A stretch of 61,196 bases of DNA, taken from Bacteroidota bacterium (lineage in GTDB: Bacteria; Bacteroidota; Bacteroidia; NS11-12g; UBA955). The position numbers and the translations under genes are program-made. The DNA lies in NCBI GenBank assembly GCA_030832905.1, contig JAURIG010000002.1, forward strand, positions 1-61,196, read 5' to 3'. The notes beneath the pieces were generated by a model, which saw nothing but the letters and a program-made list of their open reading frames with translations, made no database searches and had not been told where the DNA came from. This document shows, in pieces, positions 1-8,829 of this stretch. How positions within the stretch are numbered: position 1 is the stretch's first letter; every line of letters begins with the position of its first letter.

Positions 1-43
1 TAGATTTATCTTAATTTCGCAAGACTTAATCGCAGATAATATT

Positions 44-1138
44 TTGAAAAAAATCCTCATTGTTGTTGGCACTAGGCCTAATTTCATCAAAGTAACACGC
101 TTTAAAAAAGTCATTGCTAATTACCCAAGTTTAGACGTTAAGTTTGTTCATACAGGACAACATTTTGATGAGAAAATGAGTCAAGTGTTTTTTGATCAGT
201 TTGACTTAAGACCAGACTTTATGTTGAACATTGGTCAAGGGACCCCAAACCATCAAATGGCCCAAGTGATGCTGGGCTTAGAGCAAGTTTGTGCCAGTTA
301 TCAGCCTGATTTGTTAGTGGTTGTAGGAGATGTTAACAGCACATTTGCTGCAGCGCTTACAGGCAATAAAATGGGCATAAAAGTAGCACATTTGGAAAGT
401 GGTTTAAGAAGTTTTGATAGAACCATGCCAGAGGAGATTAACCGCTTGCTAACCGATGAAATTTCAGATTATTATTTTGTGACAGAACAGAGCGGAATAG
501 ACCACTTAAAAGCAGAGGGTAAATCTTCAGACAAAGTATTTTTTGTAGGCAATACTATGATTGATAGTTTGTTGGAATTTCAAAGTGAAGTAGAGCAAAG
601 TCCTATACTAGAAACCCTTGGACTTGAGGCTCAAAAGTATGTCTTAATGACCATGCATAGACCTTCAAATGTGGATACCAAAGAAGGCTTAATGGTGCTG
701 ATTGACATGATCCATTTGATCTGTCAACAGTATCAATTGGTGTTTCCAATTCACCCAAGAACAGTTAGTAGGCTTAAACAATTCGATTTGTGGGCTTCAA
801 TTGAACATTTAGATGGTTTGAAATTTACTGAACCATTAGATTATTTTGCCTTTCAGAAATTAACCGCACATTGCAAATTTGTAGTGACAGACAGTGGAGG
901 TATCCAAGAGGAAACCACCTTCAGACAAGTGCCTTGTTTAACCTTGCGCAACAATACAGAAAGACCAAGCACCATTGATATTGGAAGTAATGTTTTAGTG
1001 CCATATACAGTTAAGGATCTCCAACATTATATGGATGCAATCGTCTCAGAGCAATTCAAAAAAGGTCTAATACCGCCATTGTGGGATGGTAAAAGCACTG
1101 AACGCATTGCTGAGGTTATGCTTAGTATTTTGGTATAG
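44..1138 (+). CDS. wecB: UDP-N-acetylglucosamine 2-epimerase (non-hydrolysing)
   Basis: 364-aa ORF with a TTG start. The N-terminus KKILIVVGTRPNFIK, plus HTGQHFD and DSGGIQEE, are typical of WecB/MnaA epimerases. Confidence 0.85.
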   Translation: MKKILIVVGTRPNFIKVTRFKKVIANYPSLDVKFVHTGQHFDEKMSQVFFDQFDLRPDFMLNIGQGTPNHQMAQVMLGLEQVCASYQPDLLVVVGDVNSTFAAALTGNKMGIKVAHLESGLRSFDRTMPEEINRLLTDEISDYYFVTEQSGIDHLKAEGKSSDKVFFVGNTMIDSLLEFQSEVEQSPILETLGLEAQKYVLMTMHRPSNVDTKEGLMVLIDMIHLICQQYQLVFPIHPRTVSRLKQFDLWASIEHLDGLKFTEPLDYFAFQKLTAHCKFVVTDSGGIQEETTFRQVPCLTLRNNTERPSTIDIGSNVLVPYTVKDLQHYMDAIVSEQFKKGLIPPLWDGKSTERIAEVMLSILV

Positions 1139-1145
1139 CAGAAGC

Positions 1146-1766
1146 TCAGTAAATGGTGTCATGGCATTTTTGACACAATGTTTTATAGCCCATAATGATG
1201 TTGCTAATGCTGCCATCTGCGGCAGAAAGTAAACACTTTTTATTTGTGCAATGGGGTAGTCCGAAGTTGTGCCCCAATTCGTGCCTTACTACGTTGTTCA
1301 TACAAAGGAATGCTGTGGCATAATTTCTTACTTGTTTTGATTTTTTGATTCTACAATCAGATGCAACTGCACATAAACCTGGTTCATAGCCTAATCCGAA
1401 TATGCCATAATCTTTAATCTTGCCCCTTTGATGGCCTATATCAACATGGCATAAACCCAATACATAATTGGACTTTAATGTGTAGCCTTTGAGATATTTT
1501 AGAATGGAGTCAGCGAGGTAACGACTTCGTGGTTTGTAGAAGGTAAATGCAGGCAATTTATCTTGTTTGATACTGTCTACTACTATGCCGTAATAGGCGG
1601 TCAGTTCACGGCCTAATTTCTTGGCCTCTGTTATTTCATACCCATTAAAACACACAATGGTTAAATGCGGCTTGGCTTTAGACTTGCCCTTTAAAGGGCT
1701 TGGATTATTCTGACAAGCAGTCAGTGACAAAATGCAAATGCCTATAAAATAAAACAGACCTCTCAT
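1146..1766 (-). CDS. archaemetzincin-like (peptidase M54) zinc metalloprotease, predicted lipoprotein
   Basis: HELGHNFGLPHC-TNKK-C-LL-x17-CQKC fits HExxHxxGx3Cx4CxMx17CxxC with M replaced by L. The first ATG (1766) gives the signal peptide MRGLFYFIGICILSLTA|C with a lipobox. The ORF-track start at 1778 is a TTG. Confidence 0.7.
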   Translation of the reverse strand: MRGLFYFIGICILSLTACQNNPSPLKGKSKAKPHLTIVCFNGYEITEAKKLGRELTAYYGIVVDSIKQDKLPAFTFYKPRSRYLADSILKYLKGYTLKSNYVLGLCHVDIGHQRGKIKDYGIFGLGYEPGLCAVASDCRIKKSKQVRNYATAFLCMNNVVRHELGHNFGLPHCTNKKCLLSAADGSISNIIMGYKTLCQKCHDTIY

Positions 1767-1775
1767 AGAGGTCTG
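1741..1775 (-). terminator. terminator-like hairpin plus U-tract overlapping the start of the metzincin gene
   Basis: The minus strand reads CAGACCTCT-ATG-AGAGGTCTG followed by TTTTATTTTAT. It is a perfect 9-bp stem (1755-1763 / 1767-1775), and the loop is the ATG at 1766-1764. Confidence 0.45.
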
Positions 1776-1803
1776 CAATATCGGTAAAAAAGTTAAAATT
1801 GGT

Positions 1804-2445
1804 TTAAGCTTTAAAGGCTTTTAACATCAATTTCACTATAGTGTTTTTCTTGTTGTTGTATGCTTCAAGTGCATTGCCGTGAACGTTAATTTTCTTAACT
1901 AAGAATGCAGATAAACCCATTGAGTTAACAAGGTCTAAAATCAGTTCAGCAAAGGCTTCAATTTCGCTGTCAGATTTTTGAGCATTCATTTGATTTAGAA
2001 TGCTTTTAATAAAACTGATTTCACCCTTTTTGTAAGGCAGATAAATTTCTTCAAAAGTTGAATTTAAGTCGAGAATGTTTTCATTAGACAAACTGGTTAA
2101 GCGGATCAAATTGGCATACAATTCTGTTCTGGTTCTTAAGTAACTTAAGAGTTTTTCTTCAGGGATTTGAATATTGTTGATGTCGTTTTTAACTTTGTCA
2201 AGACCAATGCTTAATTGGTTATGAACGACTTGAACAAATAATTCTTCTTTGTTTTTGAAGTAGTAGTACAAGGCCGCTTTGTTGAATCCAATCGCCTCAC
2301 CAATTTCATCTAATGTGGTTTTATTAAAACCAAACTGAATAAAACAATCCGTCGCTTTTTCTAAAATTTCTTTTCTTCTTGAGGCATTTGTTGAAGGCCT
2401 TCCTGGCTTTCTTTTAACAATTTGAGATTCTATTTGGGTATCCAT
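1804..2445 (-). CDS. TetR/AcrR family transcriptional regulator
   Basis: N-terminal HTH RRKEILEKATDCFIQFGFNKTTLDEIGEAIGFNKAALYYYFKNKEELF, and about 210 aa in length. Confidence 0.8.
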   Translation of the reverse strand: MDTQIESQIVKRKPGRPSTNASRRKEILEKATDCFIQFGFNKTTLDEIGEAIGFNKAALYYYFKNKEELFVQVVHNQLSIGLDKVKNDINNIQIPEEKLLSYLRTRTELYANLIRLTSLSNENILDLNSTFEEIYLPYKKGEISFIKSILNQMNAQKSDSEIEAFAELILDLVNSMGLSAFLVKKINVHGNALEAYNNKKNTIVKLMLKAFKA

Positions 2446-2583
2446 TTCGATTCTCTATTTAGCAAAATTTATGCCATGTTTGAATTTGCCTTGGATTTAA
2501 TTTTAAAAAAAAGTTGTAAAAAAAAGTGAAGTTTGTTGAATTTGTTTTTATTTTGCAAGACTAATAACTTTCAATTCAATAAG

Positions 2584-3609
2584 ATGGGATGGTTTAATTT
2601 TTTTACTCAGGAATTGGCAATCGATTTAGGCACTGCCAACACCCTGATCATTCACAAAGACCAAGTGGTAGTAGATGAACCCTCTATTATTGCTATGGAA
2701 AGAAGCACCGGTAAGGTGATTGCCATTGGTCATGAGGCCATGCAGATGTATGGTAAAGAGAATGACAACATTAAAACCATTCGTCCACTGAAGGATGGTG
2801 TAATCGCAGACTTCCAAGCCGCAGAACACATGATTCGTGGCATGATTAAAAAAATCAATAAGTCTGGCGGCGCCTTCTCACCTCAATTGAGAATGGTAAT
2901 TTGTATTCCATCTGGTATTACTGAAGTTGAAAAACGTGCGGTAAAAGACAGTGCTGACAGAGCAGGAGGGAAAGAAGTATACATGATTCACGAACCAATG
3001 GCTGCTGCTGTTGGTATTGGTATTGACGTGACTGAGCCTATGGGTAATATGGTCATCGATATCGGGGGTGGTACCAGTGAAATCGCAGTTATCGCCTTAG
3101 GTGGTATTGTTTGTGACCAATCTATCAGGGTTGCCGGAGATGAATTCAATATGGATATTTCAGAATATATGAAACGCCAGCACAACTTGTTGTGTGGTGA
3201 ACGTACCGCTGAAAAAATTAAAATCCATGTTGGCTCAGCGTTAACTGAATTGGAAAATCCGCCAGAAGATTTTGCGGTTTATGGTCGTGACTTAATGACA
3301 GGTATTCCTAAACAAGTTTATGTGTCCTATTCTGAGATTGCCTTGTCATTAGACAAATCAATTGTAAAGCTTGAAGAAGCTATTTTAAAAGCACTTGAAA
3401 ATACACCACCTGAACTCGCGGCTGATATTTATCAAACTGGTATTCACTTAACTGGTGGAGGTGCTTTGTTAAGAGGCCTTGACAAGCGTTTAGCAGCTAA
3501 AACCAAATTGCCTGTTCACGTTGCAGAGGATCCTTTGAGAGCTGTTGTTAGAGGCACTGGTATTGCACTTAAAAATATTGGTAAATTCAAATTCTTAATG
3601 AATTCTTGA
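2584..3609 (+). CDS. mreB: rod shape-determining protein MreB
   Basis: Actin-like ATPase with LAIDLGTANTLI, DIGGGTSE and LTGGGALLRGLD. I chose the ATG at 2584; the track start at 2533 is a TTG extension. Confidence 0.9.
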   Translation: MGWFNFFTQELAIDLGTANTLIIHKDQVVVDEPSIIAMERSTGKVIAIGHEAMQMYGKENDNIKTIRPLKDGVIADFQAAEHMIRGMIKKINKSGGAFSPQLRMVICIPSGITEVEKRAVKDSADRAGGKEVYMIHEPMAAAVGIGIDVTEPMGNMVIDIGGGTSEIAVIALGGIVCDQSIRVAGDEFNMDISEYMKRQHNLLCGERTAEKIKIHVGSALTELENPPEDFAVYGRDLMTGIPKQVYVSYSEIALSLDKSIVKLEEAILKALENTPPELAADIYQTGIHLTGGGALLRGLDKRLAAKTKLPVHVAEDPLRAVVRGTGIALKNIGKFKFLMNS

Positions 3610-3612
3610 TAA

Positions 3613-4464
3613 ATGAATTCCGTATTCAAGTACCTCAAAAGCAAGTTGCATGTTTTGTTGTTTTTGTTGCTTGAGTTATTGAGCCTTATTGCTATTATTC
3701 GTTTCAATGTCTATCAGACAGCGTTTTATTATTCTAATACGCGCAAACTGAGCATGACTATTCACGAGTGGAACAGTTCAATCTTTGATTATTTTGGATT
3801 AATGTCCAAAAACGAAGCTTTGTACAATGAGAATTTGGAGCTGCGCAGAAAATTGAAAACCAATTATGTGGTTGAATCAAAGAAGATTTTTGAAGTGCAT
3901 GATACCGTTTTCAAACAGCGTTACAAATATTTCCCCGCCCAAGTTATTACTAATTCAACCAATCGTCAGAACAATTACATTACCCTTAATAGAGGAACAA
4001 GTTCAGGCATTGAAAAGGGTATGGGTGTGTTTTCGCCTGAAGGGGTTGTAGGCACCATCGTTGAAGTATCTGATAACTATTCGGTAGCAGTATCAGTCTT
4101 GAATACCCAAGGCTTTAAAATTGTGCCTAAAATAAAAGAGATGAATGACACGAAGGGAACAGTTATTTGGGATGGAAAAGACCCCAACTACTTAAACCTT
4201 GAAAACATTAATAAATATGAAGCGCTTAAGGTGGGTTATCACATTGTTACCAGCCCGTATTCAAAGAACTTTCCTGAAAACATTCCGATTGGTGTAATCG
4301 AGAGTTTAAAGACCAAACCAAGTGAAACTTTTTATCAAGCGAAGATTAAATCTTCTGTAAACTTTGGTAAAATTCAAACCGTCTACATCGTGATTGATTT
4401 GTTTAAACATGAAATTGAAAAATTAGAATCTGAATTGAATAAAAAAACCACTGAACATCCATGA
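3613..4464 (+). CDS. mreC: rod shape-determining protein MreC
   Basis: Lies directly after mreB. It has an N-terminal TM segment, a coiled coil (ENLELRRKL) and a beta-rich C-terminal domain (GMGVFSPEGVVGTIVEVS). Confidence 0.8.
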   Translation: MNSVFKYLKSKLHVLLFLLLELLSLIAIIRFNVYQTAFYYSNTRKLSMTIHEWNSSIFDYFGLMSKNEALYNENLELRRKLKTNYVVESKKIFEVHDTVFKQRYKYFPAQVITNSTNRQNNYITLNRGTSSGIEKGMGVFSPEGVVGTIVEVSDNYSVAVSVLNTQGFKIVPKIKEMNDTKGTVIWDGKDPNYLNLENINKYEALKVGYHIVTSPYSKNFPENIPIGVIESLKTKPSETFYQAKIKSSVNFGKIQTVYIVIDLFKHEIEKLESELNKKTTEHP

Positions 4465-4991
4465 TATTTTCGATATTTAGATTCTTGGCTTTATTTGTGC
4501 TGATTGTGATCATTCAGTTGTTTCTGCTTAATAATATTTTTATTGGCAATACTTGGGCTTTCTTATTTCAGCCGCAGTTGATCATCATGTTTCTTTTGTT
4601 TTTACCTCCATCTATGTCTCACAGTTGGATGATAGTTGTATCATTTGCTGCAGGCTTTTTATTCGATGTGTTTTTTCAATCATGGGGCGAACACGCCGCA
4701 GTGAGTACTTTAATCGGATTCGTAAGGCATTACTCAACAAGAGACATTGACAATGCGATTGGTGCTAGAATTGAAGACAATCAAATTTGGACCTCAAAAA
4801 AAGGGAGCTCATGGAAGTGGGTATATTTCTTAGTGTTTATTGGGCTTTACCATTTGCTGTTTTTATGGATCAATGGCCTTGGACATAACTTTTTTACCCG
4901 CATCATTCCTGCCACCATTAGCAGTTCTCTGATCACCTTTGCCATCATATTATTACTCGAAAATCTCATTTACAAACCCTCTAGAAACTAA
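4461..4991 (+). CDS. mreD: rod shape-determining protein MreD
   Basis: 176-aa polytopic membrane protein. It overlaps mreC by ATGA and sits in the mreBCD-mrdA-rodA order. Confidence 0.6.
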   Translation: MIFSIFRFLALFVLIVIIQLFLLNNIFIGNTWAFLFQPQLIIMFLLFLPPSMSHSWMIVVSFAAGFLFDVFFQSWGEHAAVSTLIGFVRHYSTRDIDNAIGARIEDNQIWTSKKGSSWKWVYFLVFIGLYHLLFLWINGLGHNFFTRIIPATISSSLITFAIILLLENLIYKPSRN

Positions 4992-4993
4992 TA

Positions 4994-6850
4994 ATGGATA
5001 AAAGTAGAAGACTATTTGTGCTCTTGGCCATGTTGGTGGCAGTGGGTTTAGTTTTCATTGTCAGACTTTTTTTCTTACAAATAGTAGATACCAGTAATTA
5101 CTACAAAGCGCAGGCTTATGGTTCAAACGACATTACCATTTATCCTGCTAGAGGCACAATTGTGGATCGCTATGGTAAATTGATGGTATACAACGATGCT
5201 GTTTATGACTTAATGGTAGTGCCTCAAAAGGCAAAGGATTTTGACAAAGTGGCTTTGTGTCATGAGTTGATGTTAGACACCAATGAGTTTAATAAACGCC
5301 TAAAAAAGGCATCTAAATACAATCCACGTGAACCATCGGTTATATTTAAAAATCTCCCGTTTTATTTGTATACCCGCTTACAAGAAGTCTTATACCAGTA
5401 TCCAGCTTTTTATATTGAGACAAAGATTGATAGACGATACAATATCAATGGTGCGGCCCACTTACTTGGCTACATGGGTGAGGTCACTGAAAAGCAGTTA
5501 GAACAAGATAAATACTACAAACCTGGTGACACCAAAGGGATTACTGGACTTGAAAAATCTTATGAAGTTTACTTAAGGGGTCATAAAGGTAAAAAGGTCG
5601 TTTTAGTTGATAAATTCAGTAAAACACAAGGAAGTTTTGCTGGCGGTAAATTTGATAGTTTGCCATTTGCGGGAGATAACATCATTTCTTCCATTGATTT
5701 GGATTTACAAGTGTTTGGTGAGAAGTTATTGGCGAATAAAATTGGTTCAATTGTAGCCATTGAGCCCTCTACTGGTGAAGTGTTAAGCATAGTCAATAGC
5801 CCTAATTATGATCCTAATTTATTAGTAGGCCAACGACGCAATAAGAACTTTGCAGCTTTGTTACTTGATCCGCGTAAACCCTTGTTCAATCGCGCATTGA
5901 AAGCGCCTTATCCGCCGGGTTCCACTTTCAAAACTATACAAGCGCTAATTGGTATGCAAGAAGGGGTTTTAACACCAGATACCAAATACCCATGTTCTGG
6001 TGGCTACCATATGGGATCAATCACCGTAGGCTGCCACGCTCACGGTTCTCCATTAGACTTAAAAAACAGTATTACAAAAAGTTGTAATGCATACTATTGC
6101 TTTGTTTACAGAAGTATATTAGACAATCCTAAATACCCGTCCGTTCAAGATGCTTATGTGAAATGGACTCAGTATTTAAACAGTTTTGGGATTGGTGTTT
6201 TGACCGGAATAGATTTGCCAGAAGAGTCTAAAGGTATCGTTAAAAAACCGACTTATTTTGAAAGAGAATTTGGTAAAAATTGGCGCTCATCTAACGTTAT
6301 TTCTATGTCAATTGGTCAAGGTCAAATTGGCTTAACGCCTTTGCAAATGGCTAATATGGCATGTATTATTGGCAACAGAGGTTATTTCTATACGCCCCAT
6401 GTAGTTCGATCAATTGGCGATAAACACTTCGTGCCACCGGCCTTTTCACAACGCCATTACTGCATGGTCAATAAAATGTATTTTGATACTGTTATTGCTG
6501 GAATGGCCAATGTGTGCGTACCTGGTGGAACAGCCGGTCATACAGGCATACCTGGTATTACTATTTGCGCAAAAACTGGAACAGCTCAAAACCCGCATGG
6601 TAAAGACCATTCCATTTTTATTGCTTTTGCCCCACGTGAGAATCCTCAAATTGCTATATGTGTGATTGTTGAAAATGGTGGTTTTGGAGCGGATTATGCC
6701 GCGCCTATAGCCAATCTAATGATCGAACGCTATTTGTCTAAAAACCGAGGGCTGCCAAGTGCCAAACCCGATATGTTAAACCGTATGTTGAAAGCCAATT
6801 TAATTGGCACAACGGCAAAAGATTCACTCAATGCAAAACTAAGCGACTAA
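4994..6850 (+). CDS. mrdA: penicillin-binding protein 2 (peptidoglycan D,D-transpeptidase)
   Basis: N-terminal TM anchor, SxxK = STFK, SxN = SCN, KTG = KTGT; 618 aa. Confidence 0.9.
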   Translation: MDKSRRLFVLLAMLVAVGLVFIVRLFFLQIVDTSNYYKAQAYGSNDITIYPARGTIVDRYGKLMVYNDAVYDLMVVPQKAKDFDKVALCHELMLDTNEFNKRLKKASKYNPREPSVIFKNLPFYLYTRLQEVLYQYPAFYIETKIDRRYNINGAAHLLGYMGEVTEKQLEQDKYYKPGDTKGITGLEKSYEVYLRGHKGKKVVLVDKFSKTQGSFAGGKFDSLPFAGDNIISSIDLDLQVFGEKLLANKIGSIVAIEPSTGEVLSIVNSPNYDPNLLVGQRRNKNFAALLLDPRKPLFNRALKAPYPPGSTFKTIQALIGMQEGVLTPDTKYPCSGGYHMGSITVGCHAHGSPLDLKNSITKSCNAYYCFVYRSILDNPKYPSVQDAYVKWTQYLNSFGIGVLTGIDLPEESKGIVKKPTYFEREFGKNWRSSNVISMSIGQGQIGLTPLQMANMACIIGNRGYFYTPHVVRSIGDKHFVPPAFSQRHYCMVNKMYFDTVIAGMANVCVPGGTAGHTGIPGITICAKTGTAQNPHGKDHSIFIAFAPRENPQIAICVIVENGGFGADYAAPIANLMIERYLSKNRGLPSAKPDMLNRMLKANLIGTTAKDSLNAKLSD

Positions 6851-8187
6851 TGGAAGAAAAATTACACATCGATTGGTTGACAGTGATCTTGTACATTTTA
6901 ATAGTGTTGTTTGGTGCAATCAATATTTATTCAGCCAATTCAGGAGTTGATGAAGCCCTTAGATTGGATTTCTCGAAAGAATATGGTAAGCAGGTTTTAT
7001 TTATTGGAATAAGTGCCATCATAGTCTTTTTAATACTATTAACTGATTATAAATTCTTCAACTTTTCTGCCTATGGTATCTATATAGTCATAATAGGTTT
7101 GTTGATGGTATTGTTGGCCACAGGTTCCTTTAACAAAGGGGCGCAAGCCTGGTTTAAAATAGGCTCCTTCAAATTACAACCTTCAGAATTTGCTAAGTAC
7201 GCAACGGCTTTAGCCTTGTCCAAATTCCTGGGGACCTTTGATATTAAATTTGAAGGGCGTCGCAACATTATGATTGCCCTTGGTATCATTGGTTTTCCTA
7301 TGTTGTTAACGCTTTTGCAAAACGATACAGGTTCTGCATTGGTGTTTACTTGCTTTATTTTGGTATTGTTCAGAGAAGGCCTTTCAGGTTGGTGGTTGGT
7401 CTTGGTAATGTATATGGTAACCTTATTCGTTTTGACCATTCTTTTACCCTCCATCAGCATCATCATCAGTATAGCCGTTCTATCTGTCTTAATTGTTTAT
7501 CTAGCCCGCAAAAAACAACAGCTGTTTTGGTTGGCCATTATTGTATTTGTTAGCTCATCAATCTACATACTCAGTTTGGATTATGTATTTGCGCGGATTC
7601 TTAAACCCCATCAACAACAAAGGATTCTAGTGACTTTGAACCAAGATGTAGACGAATACTATGTCAAAAAATCTCAAAGTTTTAGCATATTCAAATTCAA
7701 AAAAGCTGAAGTCACTGACAAAAAAGAATCTAAAAGGGATTACAGTTATAATGTGCGGCAATCTAAAATTAGTATAGGTGCAGGTAGATGGTTAGGCAAT
7801 GGATTTAACAACGGGACTCAAACCAAAGCTAAACTGGTGCCTGAACAACACACTGACTTTATTTTTTGTACTGTGGGTGAAGAATATGGTTTCCTTGGTT
7901 CTACCTTATTTGTATTGGTTTATCTGTTACTAATAGGTAGGATATTTTATTTAGCTGAGCGCCAAAAAAATGAATTCAGTAGAGTGTTTGGTTACAGTAC
8001 AGCTTCTATATTGTTTTTCCATTTCTTTATCAATATAGGGATGGCGATTGGTTTGTTGCCAGTTATTGGAATTCCACTGCCATTTATGAGTTATGGCGGT
8101 TCTTCTCTCATCAGTTTTAGTATGCTATTGTTTACTTTCCTAAAACTAGATGCCAATAGAGTCAATGAAATCTCAAGATTGTATTGA
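6850..8187 (+). CDS. rodA: SEDS-family peptidoglycan glycosyltransferase RodA
   Basis: FtsW/RodA/SpoVE-type polytopic protein with PSEFAKY, EQHTDFIF and PFMSYGGSS. It shares a TAATG overlap with mrdA. Confidence 0.85.
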   Translation: MEEKLHIDWLTVILYILIVLFGAINIYSANSGVDEALRLDFSKEYGKQVLFIGISAIIVFLILLTDYKFFNFSAYGIYIVIIGLLMVLLATGSFNKGAQAWFKIGSFKLQPSEFAKYATALALSKFLGTFDIKFEGRRNIMIALGIIGFPMLLTLLQNDTGSALVFTCFILVLFREGLSGWWLVLVMYMVTLFVLTILLPSISIIISIAVLSVLIVYLARKKQQLFWLAIIVFVSSSIYILSLDYVFARILKPHQQQRILVTLNQDVDEYYVKKSQSFSIFKFKKAEVTDKKESKRDYSYNVRQSKISIGAGRWLGNGFNNGTQTKAKLVPEQHTDFIFCTVGEEYGFLGSTLFVLVYLLLIGRIFYLAERQKNEFSRVFGYSTASILFFHFFINIGMAIGLLPVIGIPLPFMSYGGSSLISFSMLLFTFLKLDANRVNEISRLY

Positions 8188-8829
8188 GTTTAAATGAGCA
8201 GTAGAATTGGCTTGTTTCACTTCAAATTTATTGCCATCAAATACCAATTCATATAGGCAAAGATTACTATGATCCCATTGCTCCATTAAATGCAAAGGGG
8301 TGTGAGTCAATAAACACAAAAAACTACGGATGGCTCTGCCATGCATACAAATAAGGATTTTATCTTCTTCTGCTTGAGACAGAACCCATTCTATACCTTG
8401 CGCTTGACGTTGGAACATATTAAAGGGCGTTTCTCCCATTTCAACAGCGTGATGGATATTCCCTTTTTGCCATTCTGAAACAGTTGCTGCAAATAGCGCT
8501 GCAGTGGCTTCAGAACTCTCTCTGCCTTCCATGATTCCCCAATTGATTTCATTAAATTCAGCCAAAGAAGTATGCGGTATGCCAGCATCTATAAATCCTT
8601 GAACACTTTGAATGGCTCGCTTTAGTTCTGAGGTATATACATGGTCATAACCATGGGCTTTAAAATGTTCAAAAAACGCTTTGGCTTGGGCTTGTCCTTC
8701 GCTGTTTAAATCGCTGTTGATGCCACTGCCTTGTATGATGTTGCGTTTATTGAAATCCGTTTGGCCATGCCTAATCAAATGGATGGTTTTGCCTATCTTC
8801 GCGTTGAATTGTTTATTTATGAGCTCCAT
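8173..8829 (-). CDS. histidine phosphatase (phosphoglycerate mutase-like) family protein
   Basis: RHGQTDFN catalytic motif near the N-terminus and a later HG(R) motif (CMHGRAIR). Its 3' end overlaps the rodA 3' end by 15 nt. Confidence 0.75.
   Translation of the reverse strand: MELINKQFNAKIGKTIHLIRHGQTDFNKRNIIQGSGINSDLNSEGQAQAKAFFEHFKAHGYDHVYTSELKRAIQSVQGFIDAGIPHTSLAEFNEINWGIMEGRESSEATAALFAATVSEWQKGNIHHAVEMGETPFNMFQRQAQGIEWVLSQAEEDKILICMHGRAIRSFLCLLTHTPLHLMEQWDHSNLCLYELVFDGNKFEVKQANSTAHLNSIQS

Noticed and set aside
2480-2544. A direct repeat of the 9-mer TTGAATTTG (2480-2488 and 2536-2544) in the TetR/mreB divergent region, plus imperfect -7-like boxes for mreB (TTATTTTG) and wecB (TAATTTCG).
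   Set aside because: The repeat is short and AT-rich, and each box has a mismatch to TAnnTTTG. I did not call these as features, although the mreB promoter is probably here.
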